A DNA stretch of 64,000 nucleotides from Eledone cirrhosa (Eukaryota): NCBI GenBank assembly GCA_964016885.1, contig OZ024747.1, positions 84,444,001-84,508,000 on the forward strand, written 5' to 3'. The stretch's first letter is position 1. Every line of letters begins with the position of its first letter. The notes under the pieces are model-generated. The model was not told the DNA's origin, ran no database searches, and saw only the letters and a program-made list of their open reading frames with translations. Shown here in pieces: positions 15,944-30,500 of the stretch. The translations under genes and the position numbers were made by a program.

Positions 15944-16949
15944 CTAACTCATTCCATTGCACAGGTGGTTCTATAAAAATAGTGGACAGCTTCCGTTACC
16001 TGAGTGATGAAATCAGCAGTGGGGGAGGGTGCTCTGAAAGTACAGTAGCTAGAGTCAGAACGGGATGGAAAAAGTTCAGAGAGCTTATACCACTATTGGC
16101 CGCTAAAGGGTTCTCTCTAAAAATGAAAGGTAGGCTGTATGATGCCTGCATACGAACAGCAATGTTACATTCCAGTGAGACCTGGGCATTGTGTCCAGAG
16201 GATATACGCAGACTGGAGAGAAATGAAGCTTGCATGCTCCGCTGGATGTGTAATAGTAATATACATGAACGGCAAAGCATAAACGAACTAAGGGAGAAAT
16301 TAAAAATAAGAGGATCAGATGTTGTTTACTCGAGATAAGACTATGTTGGTATGGTCACGTGATGCGTCTGAAAGACGACAGCTGTATAAAAAAGTGCAGG
16401 GCAATAAAAATAGACGGTAGCCACGGAGTAGGCAGAACCAGAAAAACCTGGGACAACTTGATAAATTCCAACCTCACACACTTACACCTCTCCAAGACAA
16501 TGTCACTGGACCGAGATCTTTGGCGCTACACAGTAATAGAGAAGACCTGCCTTACCTAAGTGCAAAGTGAAACCTACTACAGTCAGTAGGCACCTCTAAA
16601 AAAATACACCCCGTCCCTCTACCCCCACCTCATCCACACCACCCCTTTCAATGTAAAGTTATGTTGGTATCACAACATCCAGCCCGAAACAAATGAGGTC
16701 GTGTAGGTTTCACGACAAAAAAACACAGTCCACGCTGTAATGTGGCCGTGTAGGTAACACGGTAAAAAACCTCCCAGTTCCACACTGTAAATGTGGTTGG
16801 TGTTAGGAAGGGCATCCAGCCGTAGAAAACCCGCCAGACAGTCCTATGCGAGCAAGACAACCACTCTTTACCTCAAGTGGGACAACTCCCGTCCAAACCC
16901 ATGCGAGCGTGGAATATGGACGTTAAACGAAGATGATGATGATGATGAT
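15944..16949 (+). mobile_element. 5'-truncated RTE LINE (family B)
   Basis: VDSFRYL...[12 protein letters not shown]...[15 protein letters not shown]; one frameshift near 16312; ends in (GAT)n; (TA)n on both sides. Confidence 0.93.
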
Positions 16950-17112
16950 ATATATGTATATATATGTATATATATATATGTATATATATAATATATATGT
17001 ATATATACATATGTATATATATATATATGTGTATATATATATATATATGTAATATATATATATATGTATATATGTAGATATGTATATATATGTATATATG
17101 TATATATATGTA

Positions 17113-17143
<31 letters not shown>

Positions 17144-17310
17144 ATATGTATATTATATTTATATGTATATATTATATATATATATATGTATATATGTATA
17201 TATGTATATATATATGTTATATATATATGTATATATATTATATGTATATGTATATATATATATGTATATATATGTATATATATTATATATATGTATATAT
17301 ATATATGTAT

Positions 17311-18157
17311 CATCATCATCATCATCATCAGCGTTTAACGTCCGTGTTCCACGCTTGCATGGGTTTGGACGGGGGTAGTCCCACTTGAGGCAAGAGTGAT
17401 TGTCTTGCTCGCATAGGACTGTCTGGCAGGTTTTCTACAGTTGGATGCCCTTCCTAACACCAACCACATTTACAGTGTGGGTCTGGGAGGTTTTTACCGT
17501 GTTGCCTACACGGCCACATTACAGCGTGGACTGTGTGTTTTTTTGTCGTGACACCTACACGATCTCATTTGTTTCGGCCTCGATGGCGCGGCACCAACAT
17601 AACTTTACATAGAACGGGGTGGTGTGGATCGGGTGGGGGTGGTGGGACGGGGTGTATTTGTTAGAGATTGCCTACTGGCTGGAGTAGGTTTTACTATATA
17701 TTTAGGTAAGGCGGGTCTTCTCTGTTACTGAGTACCGCCAAAGGTCTCGGTCCAGTGACATTGTCTTGGAGAGGTGTAAGTGTGTGATGTCGGAGTTTAT
17801 CAGCTCGTCCCAGGTTTTTCTAGGTCTGCCTATTCCGTGACTACCGTCTATCTTTATTGCCCTGCACTTTGTTATACAGCTATCGACTTTCATGCGCATC
17901 ACGTGTCCATACCAACGTAGCCTTCTCTCGAGTAAACAACATCTGATCCCTCTTATCTCTAATTTATTCCTTAGTTCGTTTATGCTTTGCCGTTCACGTA
18001 TATTACTGTTACACATCCAGCGGAGCATGCAAGCTTCGTTCCTCTCTAGTCTGCGTATATCCTCTGCACACAATGCCCAGGTCTCACTGCCATGCAGCAT
18101 TGCTGTTCGTATGCAGGCATCGTACAACCTGCCTTTCATTTTTAGTGAGAACCCTTT
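17311..18157 (-). mobile_element. 5'-truncated RTE LINE (family B)
   Basis: ORF 17702-18181 encodes the RTE C-terminus; (CAT)n tail at 17311; tail-to-tail with the previous copy across a ~360-bp TA tract. Confidence 0.93.
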
Positions 18158-18234
18158 TATGTATATATAGTGTATATACATATATGTATATATATGTATC
18201 GTATATATATGTATGTATATATATTATATATATA

Positions 18235-18317
<83 letters not shown>

Positions 18318-18507
18318 GTATATGTATATGTATATGTATATATATATATATGTATATGTATATGTATATATATATATATATGTATATGTATATGTATATG
18401 TATATATATATATTATTGTATATATATATATATATAGTATATATGTATATATATATATATATGTATATATAATATATATGTATATATATATATGTATATA
18501 ATGTATG

Positions 18508-18542
<35 letters not shown>

Positions 18543-18547
18543 GTATG

Positions 18548-18598
<51 letters not shown>

Positions 18599-18956
18599 GT
18601 ATATATATGTATGTATATATATATATATGTATATATATATATACTGTATATGTATATATATGTATATATATATGTATATATATATATATGTATATGTATA
18701 TATATATGTATATATATATATACGTATATATATATGTATATATGTATATATAAATTTATATGTATATATTTATATATATGTAATATATATGTATATATGT
18801 TATATATATATATATGTATATGTATATATATGTATATATGTATATATGTATATATGTATAATATGTGTATATATATATATATATATGATATATATATATA
18901 TATGATAGTATATATATGTATATATGTATATATATGTATATATATATATATGTATA

Positions 18957-18989
<33 letters not shown>

Positions 18990-19917
18990 GTAATTAATAT
19001 ATATATATTTATATATATAGTATATATATATATATGTATATATATATATGTATATGTATATATACTGTATATATGTAGATATATATGTATATATGGTATA
19101 TATATATTATTTATATATATATATGTATATATATGTATATATGTATATATATATATGTATATATTATATGTTATTATATATATAGTATATATATATATGA
19201 TGTATATGTATAATATATATATGTATATATGTATATATATATATGTGTATATGTATATGTATATATGTATATGTATATATGTATATATATATATGTATAT
19301 ATGTATATATATATATATGTATATATATGTATATATATATATGTATATATGTATATATATATATATGTATATATATGTATATATATATATGTATATATAT
19401 GTATATATATATGTATATATATGTATATATATATATGTATATGTATATTTATATATGTATATATATGTATATGTATATACTAAATGTTATACTATTGTAT
19501 ATATATGTATATATATATATGTATATATATGTATATATATGTATATTATATGTATATATATGTATATATATATATGTATATATATGTATATGTATATATA
19601 TGTATATATATATATGTATATATATGTATATGTATATATATATATGGTATATATATGTATATATATGTATATATATATATGTATATATATGTATATATAT
19701 GTATATATATGTATAGTATATATATGTATATATATGTATATGTATATATATATATGTATATATATATATATGTATATATATATGTATATGATATGTATAT
19801 ACGTATATGTAATATAATATATAGTATATATATATATATATGTATATGTATATATGTATATATAAATATATATGTATATATATATATGTATATGTATATA
19901 TGTATATATATATTATG

Positions 19918-19966
<49 letters not shown>

Positions 19967-19974
19967 GTATATGT

Positions 19975-20005
<31 letters not shown>

Positions 20006-20219
20006 ATGTATATGTATATATATGTATATGTATATATATGTATATATATATATATATGTATATATATGTATATGTATATATATATATATGTATATGTATA
20101 TATATGTATATGTATATATATATATATGTATATATATGTATATGTATATATATATATGTATATATATATATATGTATATATATATGTATATGTATATGTA
20201 TATACGTATATGTATATAC

Positions 20220-20251
<32 letters not shown>

Positions 20252-20260
20252 GTATATATG

Positions 20261-20291
<31 letters not shown>

Positions 20292-20320
20292 GTATATGTA
20301 TATATGTATATATATATATG

Positions 20321-20369
<49 letters not shown>

Positions 20370-20377
20370 GTATATGT

Positions 20378-20411
<34 letters not shown>

Positions 20412-20736
20412 GTATATGTATATATATGTATATGTATATATATGTATATATATATGTATATGTATATATATGTATATGTATATATATATATATGTATATG
20501 TATATATATGTATATGTATATATATATATATGTATATATATATGTATACATATATATGTATATATGTATATATATATACATATATATGTATATATGTATA
20601 TATATATATATATGCATATATATGTATATATATGCATATATATGTATATATGTATATATACATATATATGTATATATGTATATATATGTATATATACATA
20701 TATATGTATATATGTATATATATGTATATATGTATA

Positions 20737-20785
<49 letters not shown>

Positions 20786-20868
20786 TATATATATGTGCAT
20801 ATATATGTATATATATATATATATATATATACATATATACATATGTATATACATATATATATATGTAA
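18158..20868. repeat. 2.7-kb interrupted (TA)n/(TATATG)n array
   Basis: Direct inspection. Confidence 0.97.
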
Positions 20869-20929
20869 TACTTAGGTTATCTCCTCCGCTATATATATAT
20901 TGTACGCCCTTTGTGTGTGTGTAGCCTCT

Positions 20930-21248
20930 GCGCACCCTCTGCACCATACTATCGACACCACCCCATCTATTGTTCAGCTAACCACCCGACTCCCGGGAAT
21001 GAATATGACCGCAGCTAGTAAACAAGGACCCACACCCCACCCTCCCGCACCAAAATTAGACTTATCGTCCCCTACTTTTGCTCTTTACTCTCCTTACTCT
21101 TTGTTCTTGAATGTTTGGTTGGTAGAGTCCATAACACCAATCAAACCCCTTTTATAGCTCTGACGAATCCTACGGTTATGTAAGGAAGAAACATTGTAAG
21201 CCAATAAAAAATCTTTTGATGTTGTAGACGCTCTTGTGTTCTTTTTCA
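20930..21248 (+). mobile_element. Penelope-like element 3' fragment
   Basis: Translates [12 protein letters not shown], resembling the I..L.T..P.GLN C-terminus of PLE GIY-YIG ORFs, followed by a hammerhead motif and AATAAA. Confidence 0.55.
21151..21210 (+). ncRNA. Minimal type I hammerhead ribozyme motif
   Basis: GCT-CTGACGA(21160-21166)-stem II TCCTAC/GTAAGGA-GAAA(21188-21191)-C ATT G-TA^AGC. Stem I is GCT/AGC, extended by TTTAT/ATAAA. The first stem II pair is an A.A mismatch. Confidence 0.65.
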
Positions 21249-21432
21249 TATATATATATATGTATATATACCAACTTATAATATTATAAAATTAAATCAA
21301 AAATGTTTTAACACTACAAGTGAAGTCATTCTTTTCCTTTTTTTTCAAATATATATATCTATATATATTTAAAATACACGTAAAAAAAGATATACATACA
21401 TATTTAATTATTTATTTTATTTTATTCATCAG

Positions 21433-21577
21433 AATGGGCAATTTGGCACCTGATCGTTTTCTGATGGTGTATGATCTACGTTTCATAAGAGCTATGGCAC
21501 CTATAAAAGTTGTTATTGATCCAGCATTCCTACGTTTTTTGCCAGCTTATACAAACAAACTGTGTGTTGTTTCACAA
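21433..21577 (+). CDS. PAN2: PAN2 exon (WD40)
   Basis: cag|A ATG...CAA|gtaagt; [48 protein letters not shown]. Confidence 0.93.
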
Positions 21578-24500
21578 GTAAGTCCATTACCATTTTACAG
21601 CCTCTCGCTTTACATTAACTCTTAACATCTTCTCATGGTTTAGCAGAAAATATCTGAAAACAGGTTTGAAAGATTCACATGTATACAGTATGTTTACTAG
21701 TGGGTGAATTGTTGCGAAAATTTACAGTAAACTAAAGTCTAATTTTTAATGTGATGCAGCCATCGTGCTGTTTTGTACTTTTCAAGAATGTCTTAATAAT
21801 GCAGTTTCATGTGGTATAGGACATTCAGAGTTAAGACAAACATATCTGCCAAGAACTTTACTTTCTTTCTTTTATTCTGATCTCATCAGGGAATTGGTTT
21901 TTCTCAATATGTAGGTAAAGAGTAAGTAGAAAATCTATATAATGTAAATCTTAGGTACATGAAAGGTATAGTGGAATAGCACACAGACAAACAGAAAATA
22001 TAGACTTTTTCTATAGCAGATGTACAGGGATAGTTGGTAGTAAGAGCATCAGCAAAATAAATATTTTTCAATTTCAGGGAAAGTCCACAGGAATAGTTGA
22101 TTGCTTCTGTTATCTAAATAACCTAATTAACAGTGGAGGAGGTTGCTCTGAGAGCATTGTAGCTAGAATAAAGATAGGATAGGAAAAGTTCAGGGAGCTA
22201 CAATCTCTGTTGGCAACAAACTGTTTCTCTCTGCAAATGAAAGACCAGCTGTATGATTCTTGCATGTGATATGCAATGTTGCATGGCAGTGAGTCATGGC
22301 CAGTAAATGAAGAAGATATATGAAAGTAAGAGAGAAATGAAGCAAGCAAGCATGCTTTGGTGGATGTGCAATGTTAATGTGTGAATAATAAAGCGTGGAT
22401 CAACTGAGAGAAAAATTGGGTGTTAGAGGAATCAGATGTAGTTTGCAAGACTGTGCTGGTATGGACATGTGATTCATATGGATAACTATTGTTATGTGAA
22501 GTGCCAAAAAATCCCAGTGGAAGGAAACCATTGTAGAAGACCACAAAAGAATTGGATGGAGGTGATCTCAAATTTCTGAAGCTCACAAAAGAGATAACAA
22601 TGGAACACAACATGTGGAGGGATACTATGCTAGAAAAGATCCATCCAACCCAGTGATCTGTATTCATTAAATGATAAAGTTACTGTTTGATATAAAGGCA
22701 CTTACTGTTTTACACTAGTTTAGATAAATGCAGATACATATGCACATACATATATTTTTTTCTTTGCTGTTTGTCAAAGTCAAAGATAACATCCCTCTTC
22801 ATGGCAGCCAGTCATAGGCATGTACGTGTGTGTTTGTTAGAATAATTAAAGCATTAGATATTTATTCCATGGAAAAGTGGGCATAAAAATGATAATAATT
22901 GTTTCTACTTTTGGCACAAGGCCAGGAATTATCCCAGTGCATTACTGGTACTTTATTTAATCGAGATAATAATAATGATAAACTATACTACTTCTTGTAC
23001 ATATTTACAGAGGTGGGGGGAACTCTACAGTATCATGCACAGGTAAAGTATGAACTACTGATCCACCTAGCCATTTAGTCTTTCATTCATCTCCTTTAAA
23101 TGTATTATAAAACTAAGCAATTTTAATTATTTATTTCTTACAGGTTGGCCATTTTCAAGTACTAGATACTACAACAATGGCACCTGGCTCTATGATGTTG
23201 TACCAGGTGGATACACAAGGAGGTGTTTTAATGAGTTTTGATGTATCTCCCACATGTCAATCAATGGCCTTTGGAGACAGCACTGGTAAGCTTTCAAATC
23301 AGTTATGTTATTGACTTTTATATCCATATTAAAATAAGCATTTTAAGGCCACTTTTCCAACTAAAGCAGGAGTTCCTAACCATTTTTGCATCATCACCCA
23401 CTTTCACATGGAAACATTTACCACTGTTTTTAGCCTCCTGTCTTTTTTTCTCTGTAAGTTCTTTGCATATCTCCGACTATTTTTTTTTTTGGGGGGGGGG
23501 GGGGGGGTAGCATATGTCAAAATACCTTCTTAATACTTAAAACCTTATCTCAGCCACCAAAATTTCTAATCAGCCATCATTTTCTGTTCAGTTTCTGATA
23601 GCCTACACAACAGTTAAAATCACCCACGTTCATCACCTACCCAACAGTGATATTGGCCAGGTTGGGAAACCTTGCACTAAAGCAATAGTTAACCTTGTGG
23701 ACCCCATAACAAGCTTCTCCATTTTAACCTGCATCTCCACTCATCAACTTTCATTTCCTTTCCATCATTCTTAGTCATATCTTTCTTGGTTTTCTCCTTC
23801 CTCTACTTCCTTCCACACTAGTTTTCTTCTCTCTTATCACCTAGTCACTTTTCTTCCTCTGTCAATCCACCTTCCTATCACCCTTCATTATAATTTCTAA
23901 CAGAGGCAGAAGGCCCCTGGGGGAAGAATGAATCAACCCCAATACTTGACTGCTACAGGTGGTACATTAAAATGTATCCAATACACTCTGTATCAGGTGA
24001 AAGGGTAGAGAGGTCTATAGTAACATCAAGGAAATGACAAAATCTCTAGTGCTTGTGCCATGATAAACTGCATCCAATATTCTCTGTAAAGTGGTTGGCA
24101 TTAGAAAAGCCATCCTGCTGTAGAAACCATACTAAAATAGTATTGTGCAGGATATGGATCTCAACCAATCTAGAAGGACAGTAACTCTAAGTGTTGTCTA
24201 GGTCTGTAACTACCCATCCAATTCATGCCAGCATGAAAAAAATGGATATATAATGGTGGTGATAAACAGCAAAGTCAACCTCTCTGGGAATGTTTAAACT
24301 AAAAACAAAGAACTACAACTAATTAATCATTATTCTTCTAATTTTTCATCACTTATTCATCATTACCATGATCACAAGTTACGCTAGACTGGCATGTCAG
24401 ATGACTTTCTTTCTCATACATTCCATTTAGGCAAGGTTTCTATAGCCTTTCACAATTTTTACAGAGTGCTTTTTTGTGTCACCAACACTACTACTTTACA

Positions 24501-27500
24501 ATAAGGTAATATAATTACTAATCTGTCAAATGTTTGTATATAGCTGCTGTAAATATTTATTTTTGATATTTCTAGGTTATATCCACCTGTTTTCTACAAA
24601 TGAACAAGCAGCATTCAATGCTTACCCTGAACAACCAGAGTTTGCAGACCCAGTGAGTAATAATCTTTTGGTGACCATATTTCTAATAGAATACACTCTA
24701 TTTTAATTAGTTAATTAATGAAGAATGTTGAAGGATTTACTAAAATTGATATTTCATTACTAATAATCAAGAATTTGAAGCGATTTAGTAATATAACTAA
24801 CCTTTTCATAATTAAACTGCTGTTATGGACATAACATAACAAAGATTCTTACATAAAATTATGATGGAAGATTTTTATATAAATATGAACACCATAGAAC
24901 CAGAGATGGTTTCCGGTGGTTTGGTATCAAAGTTGATATTAATAAGGGCTCTTTTTAGTATATACACACACATATATATATATAATAGTAATGGTGTTGA
25001 TGATAATAATAATTGTTTCTACTTTTGGCACAAGGCCAGCAATCATTAATTTATCAAAGTAAATTTCCTAGTTTCTATATTTGTTCATATATTCAGTAAA
25101 CCTGGTATATATGACATACCAGTCCTGGGCTACAAAGATTAACTGTTCAATGCTATTGCCATCATTATTGACTTATTTGTAATGATAATAATTTAGATAT
25201 TGACTCCATTTGTAATAATAGTAATTTAGTTACAAATCATTGTTTTACTCTTATAAAATGATAATTTTCTTCTGACCAGGTGGAACCAGTTACCCCTATC
25301 CATATCAACGATGAACTTGCACCATTGTCCATCATACCCATGACATACCCCAGTGGGGTAACCCTGCTCTCTGATTGGCCTGCACAACTCTGTCAAAAAG
25401 TTTACAGGTAAGTAAATTCATTTCAATTAATGTATAAACTTACATGCTATTGCCATTGTTGTTTAACCTTTTTATTAACATATTTCTTATGAAATGCACT
25501 ACCTGTGTGTTTCAATTAATTATGGAAATAATCAAATATTTGAAGGAATTTATGATGATGATGACTCTTTCATTAGTAAGCTGCTATTTCAAATGTTACT
25601 TAACAAAAATTTCTTCAATTAAATTATGATGAAAGGATTTTAAAATGAGCAGTTTTGTATCATGAATGCATGGCAGTTTTGGTGATAGGAAAGGCATTAG
25701 AAAACCTGCCGAAAACAGGTTGGGAGGACTCTATCTCTGTCAAAGACATGACAACCTTTTTGCTGTTGGTGTCAGGATAAAATGCACTTGGTAGAATGTG
25801 GGAGTGTATGCAAGCAAGATGCAAAGCCCAAGCACATCAGAGAGATCAGTAGCTCTGCTTCAGTACTGACTCAATCTTTAATGACCAATCCAACCGCTGC
25901 TAGCACAGAAAACATTTGTTAAATGATGACAATGATGATGTGACTACCATTGGTCGAGAAATTTGTATAGTGGTACCACACACGTGTGATTTGTGATAGA
26001 ACCAGCAGGTTAGGAGCCAGGGTTAAGTGCCCCTTCCCCTAGAGTCCACAACAGGGAGACACTGCACCAGTAACAGCAAAGAGACAGCCACCAGGTTTGT
26101 GTGTATGTATGAATCCACTCAGCTGGCAAAAATGAGTTGTACTTGTCATACTGAATCTCCCTGAAAATTATTTTAAAGGTGCACTTATCTGTGGAATGTT
26201 CAGCTACCTACATGTTCATTTTGTAAGCAAATTGAGGCCCAACACATGTATGTATGCATCTATATATATCTGTATGCATTTATGTATGTATGCATACATT
26301 TTTATATATATATACATGCATATATGTATGCAGGCTTGCTTGTGTATATGAATTTTTTTTATGTGATTGTATATATGAATTATTTTTACATATATGTGAT
26401 TGAGTCTATGTGGTTAGTTGGCCATTTCTGCCAAGTTGTATACAGTGCATTCTTCTAATTTAGGGCGCACAAACCAGTTGAACCAGAATTACTACGCACC
26501 ATGAAGATGAGACACAATGTGGGGTACGCTCCCAACCCAGGCACCACCCACAGAAACCAAGTACCTTATGATCTGAAAAATGACAACAACTACAAGAAGT
26601 CTGTTCCTGAGTCTTCCAATGGCAGAGGTATAGTTATTTATGTTTGAGTGTGTATGTGTTTTGTTACTTCTCAATGTGCACTGGAATGAATGGTATCAAC
26701 CTTAATGTATTGAAACCATAGTGATTCCCAGAGGTTGACTGGAGATGGGACTGCTCGTTTTCCAGTTCTTTTTTTCCATTGTCTTTGCCCTGTGTGTGAC
26801 CCCCCCCCCTCCCCACAACTTATTTTGAATTGATATTCTAAAGACTTAGCCATGCAGACTTTTTTAAAAAGTATCATTCATATATATATATATCATCATC
26901 ATCATCATCATCATTTAACGTCCACTTTCCACGCTAGCATGGGTTAGACGGGAGTTGTCCCACTTGAGGCAAGGTTGGTCGGGTGACCGTGTCTCGCTCA
27001 TATAGGACTATCTGGCAGGTTTTCTACGGCTGGATGCCCTTCCTAACACCAACCACATTTACAGTGTGGAACTTGGAACTTTTTACCGTGCTACCTACAC
27101 GGCCACATTACAGCGTAGACTGTGTGTTTTTTTCTCGTGACACCTACCTGATCTCGATCTCGGTCTCATTTATCTCATTTATTTGGACTGGATGTTGTGG
27201 TACCAACTTTATAGAGAGGGGGTGGTGTTGGTGGGAGTGGGAGGATAGGGTAGGGGTAGTGGATTGGGGTGAATATTTGGTTAAGAGGTGCCTACTGACG
27301 GTAGGTTTCGCTTTGTACATAGGCAAGGCGGGGCTTCTGTATTACTGCGTAGCACCAAGATCTCGGTCCAGTGACATTGTCTTAGAGAGGTGCAAGTGTG
27401 TAAGGTCGAAATTTATCAAATCGTCCCAGGTTTTTCTGGGTCTACCTACTCCGTAACTACCATCAATTTTGATCGCCCTGCACTTTTTTATAGAGCTGTC

Positions 27501-30500
27501 GTCTTTCATGCGCATCACGTGGCCATACCAATGTAGTCTTATATATATATATATATATACCACTATTAGCCGCTAAAGGGTTCTCCCTAAAAATGAAAGG
27601 CAGGTTGTATGATGCCTGCATACGAACAGCAATGTTGCATGGCAGTAAGACCTGGGCATTGTGTGCAGAGGATATACGCAGACTAGAGAGGAACGAAGCT
27701 TGCATGCTCCGCTGGATGTGTAATAGTAATATACGTGAACGGCAAAGCATAAACGAACTAAGGAAAAAATTAGAAATAAGAGGGATCAGATGTTGTTTAC
27801 TCGAGAGAAGGCTACGTTGGTATGGTCACGTGATGCGCATGAAAGACGATAGCTGTATAACAAAGTGCAGGGCAATAAAGATAGACGGTAGCCACGGAAT
27901 AGGCAGACCCAGAAAAACCTGGGACGAGCTGATAAATTCCGACCTCACACACTTACACCTCTCCAAGACAATGTCACTGGACCGAGACCTTTGGCGGTAC
28001 TCAGTAATACCTAAATACAAAGTAAAACCTAAATACAAAGTAAAACCTACTACAGTCAGTAGGCATCTCTAACAAAATACACCCCCGTCCCACCACCCCC
28101 ACCCCATCCACACCGCCCCTTTCAATGTAAAGTTATGTAGGTGCCACAACATCCAGGCCGAAACAAATGAGATCGTGTAGGTGTCACGACAAAAAAACAC
28201 ACAGTCCACGCTGTAATGTGGCCGTGTAGGCAACCCGGTAAAAACCTCCCAGCCCCACACTGTAAATATGGTTGGTGTTAGGAAGGGCATCCAGCTGTAG
28301 AAAACCCGCCAGACAGTCCTATGCGAGCAAGACAATCACTCTTGCCTCAAGTGGGAAAACCCCCGTCCAAACCCATGCAAGCGTGGAACACGGACGTTAA
28401 ACGTTGATGATGATGATGATATATATATATATATATATCTATATATATATGTATGTGTGTGTGTGATGGGCTCTCCCATCATATTTCGATGTATGAGGGT
28501 TTAACAGTCTTTTCAGTTCATTTTTATGGTTATGCATAAAAACCAGCCGTATTCAGCCAGAATTCTCTCACCACTTTCTGTTCAAACTGGCAATTCATAC
28601 TGATGTTAAGGTATTGTTCTCAAAATACATAATATCAGAATCTCATAGATTGAATATTATGTGAGATAAAGCCTTTACCGTGAAAATACAATATATATAT
28701 ATAGTAATGTAAATGCTAAAGGGTTAAATGGCACTTCAGTCCAGCTGCTGATTTACATATCAAGCCACATTTAGTGCAGATGATAGGACTCTATATAATA
28801 GTGTTGACAGTACCACTGCACGATAAACTGCAACTTTTGTTTTCAGGGATATACCTCTGACACCCCATAGGTGATGATGTAGTTTGCCAAAAGTGTCAGC
28901 TGCTTTGGAGACGCAATTGACAATCTCTTTGTCCAGGGATACAGTGGGGTTCACCGTCAGATCCTTGCCATCAACAGTGATGGGAACATAAATATGCCTG
29001 TGCCCTGGCTGTCCCTGCTTAACATCTTCTACCTGTCTTTGGTTGATGTACCACCTCAGTCTGGTTGTTAAATCAAATGCCTTACAGGTAAGCAAGAAGT
29101 GGTTCATCAATTCTTGTGCCTCTTCTCCAGGGATGTTGCAACAAGTGCAGCAACTTCAACAAACAGTAAATCCTAAATAACACTTGTTTGTGTAAGTGTT
29201 TTAGCCTTAAAACACTAATGGTTGAATAGCCCACCTGATGTACGGAATTCAAATCTGACACTAGTGTCTAAGTCACCAAATACATATTGAAGCATTCAGC
29301 AAAGAACAAAGCAACGAAAACAGGATCCATAACACAATCCTGCTGCATACCAGTTGTGACGCCAAAGGGTTCGGGGTATTCACCATTTGACATAATTAAT
29401 CATGAAAAGACATGATGATATTCAGCATTTTGTCCGGTATGCCAAAACTTTTAGAAGATTTTCCAGAAAGCTTTGGACAAGTTGGCAAAAACCATAAACA
29501 GCTCCTTTTCACAAATCTTCTCACAAATTCACAAATCTTCTCTGCAACCTGGCGAAAGGAGAAGATCATGTCAATCGTACCCGTCCTGTGCAGAAACCTC
29601 AAAAGGATGAATGGTAAAGTTGAACGCAAAAGGATTTGAACTCAGAGAGCTAAAACAAATGCCACAAACCATTTAATCCAATGTCCTAACAACTCTGCCA
29701 ATTCACCACCAGGAATACTAGCACAAAATGTTGACACCATCCCGAGGTGAGGTATTCCGTACTTCTCTGTACTGTTATATATACATGGAGGCACATGGCT
29801 TAGTGGTTAGAGCACTGGGCTTGTAATCGAAAGGTTGTGAGTTCAATTCTCAGACCGGGTGATGTGTTGTTTCCTTTAGCAAGACACTTTATTTCACATT
29901 GCTCCAGTTTACTCAGCTGTAGAAATGAGATGATAGGGACTGGGGTCCCTATCATTCCACTGTAAAGTGGACGTATAGGCGCTACGGGAAAAAAGCACCC
30001 AGCACTCACTGTAAATGAGGTTGGTGTTAGGAAGGGCATCCAGCTGTAGAAATCAAGCCAGAATCAGTTCCTGTCCCACTCTTGCAAGCAGGGAAAAGCG
30101 GACGTAAAATGATGATGATGATATAATTATATATTCGTGTAGATATTTTTGCATACACAATAATAAAATATAAACAAACGTATTTATTTCACGAGGCTTG
30201 ATAAGGATAAATATATATCAAATATATAAGAACCCTAGAGCAAATCCCAAGCAATGTTGGGCCATTCTGCTAATTTAGTCTAAATCTATAAGCAGTATAT
30301 CCAAGGCAAATAGGGATTGTCATTCCAAAATGCAATAAAGATTATATGAACAATTACCTATAATTTAGACCATTTTTTTTTTGTTTTTTTTTTTGTCACT
30401 TAAATCTACTTCACCTTAACCAACACTTGTATCGGCATTAACTTCATTTATCTCACTTATTACTGGTAACCTAGAAAAATAAAATCTTGTGTTCTGCTTG

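Noticed and set aside
26893-28420. Twin-priming inversion of a single RTE insertion
   Set aside because: Both halves have their own 3' tail, overlap in element coordinates and differ in sequence.
29787-29860. tRNA gene
   Set aside because: A and B boxes are present but there is no complete cloverleaf, and the sequence runs into a SINE body and LINE tail.
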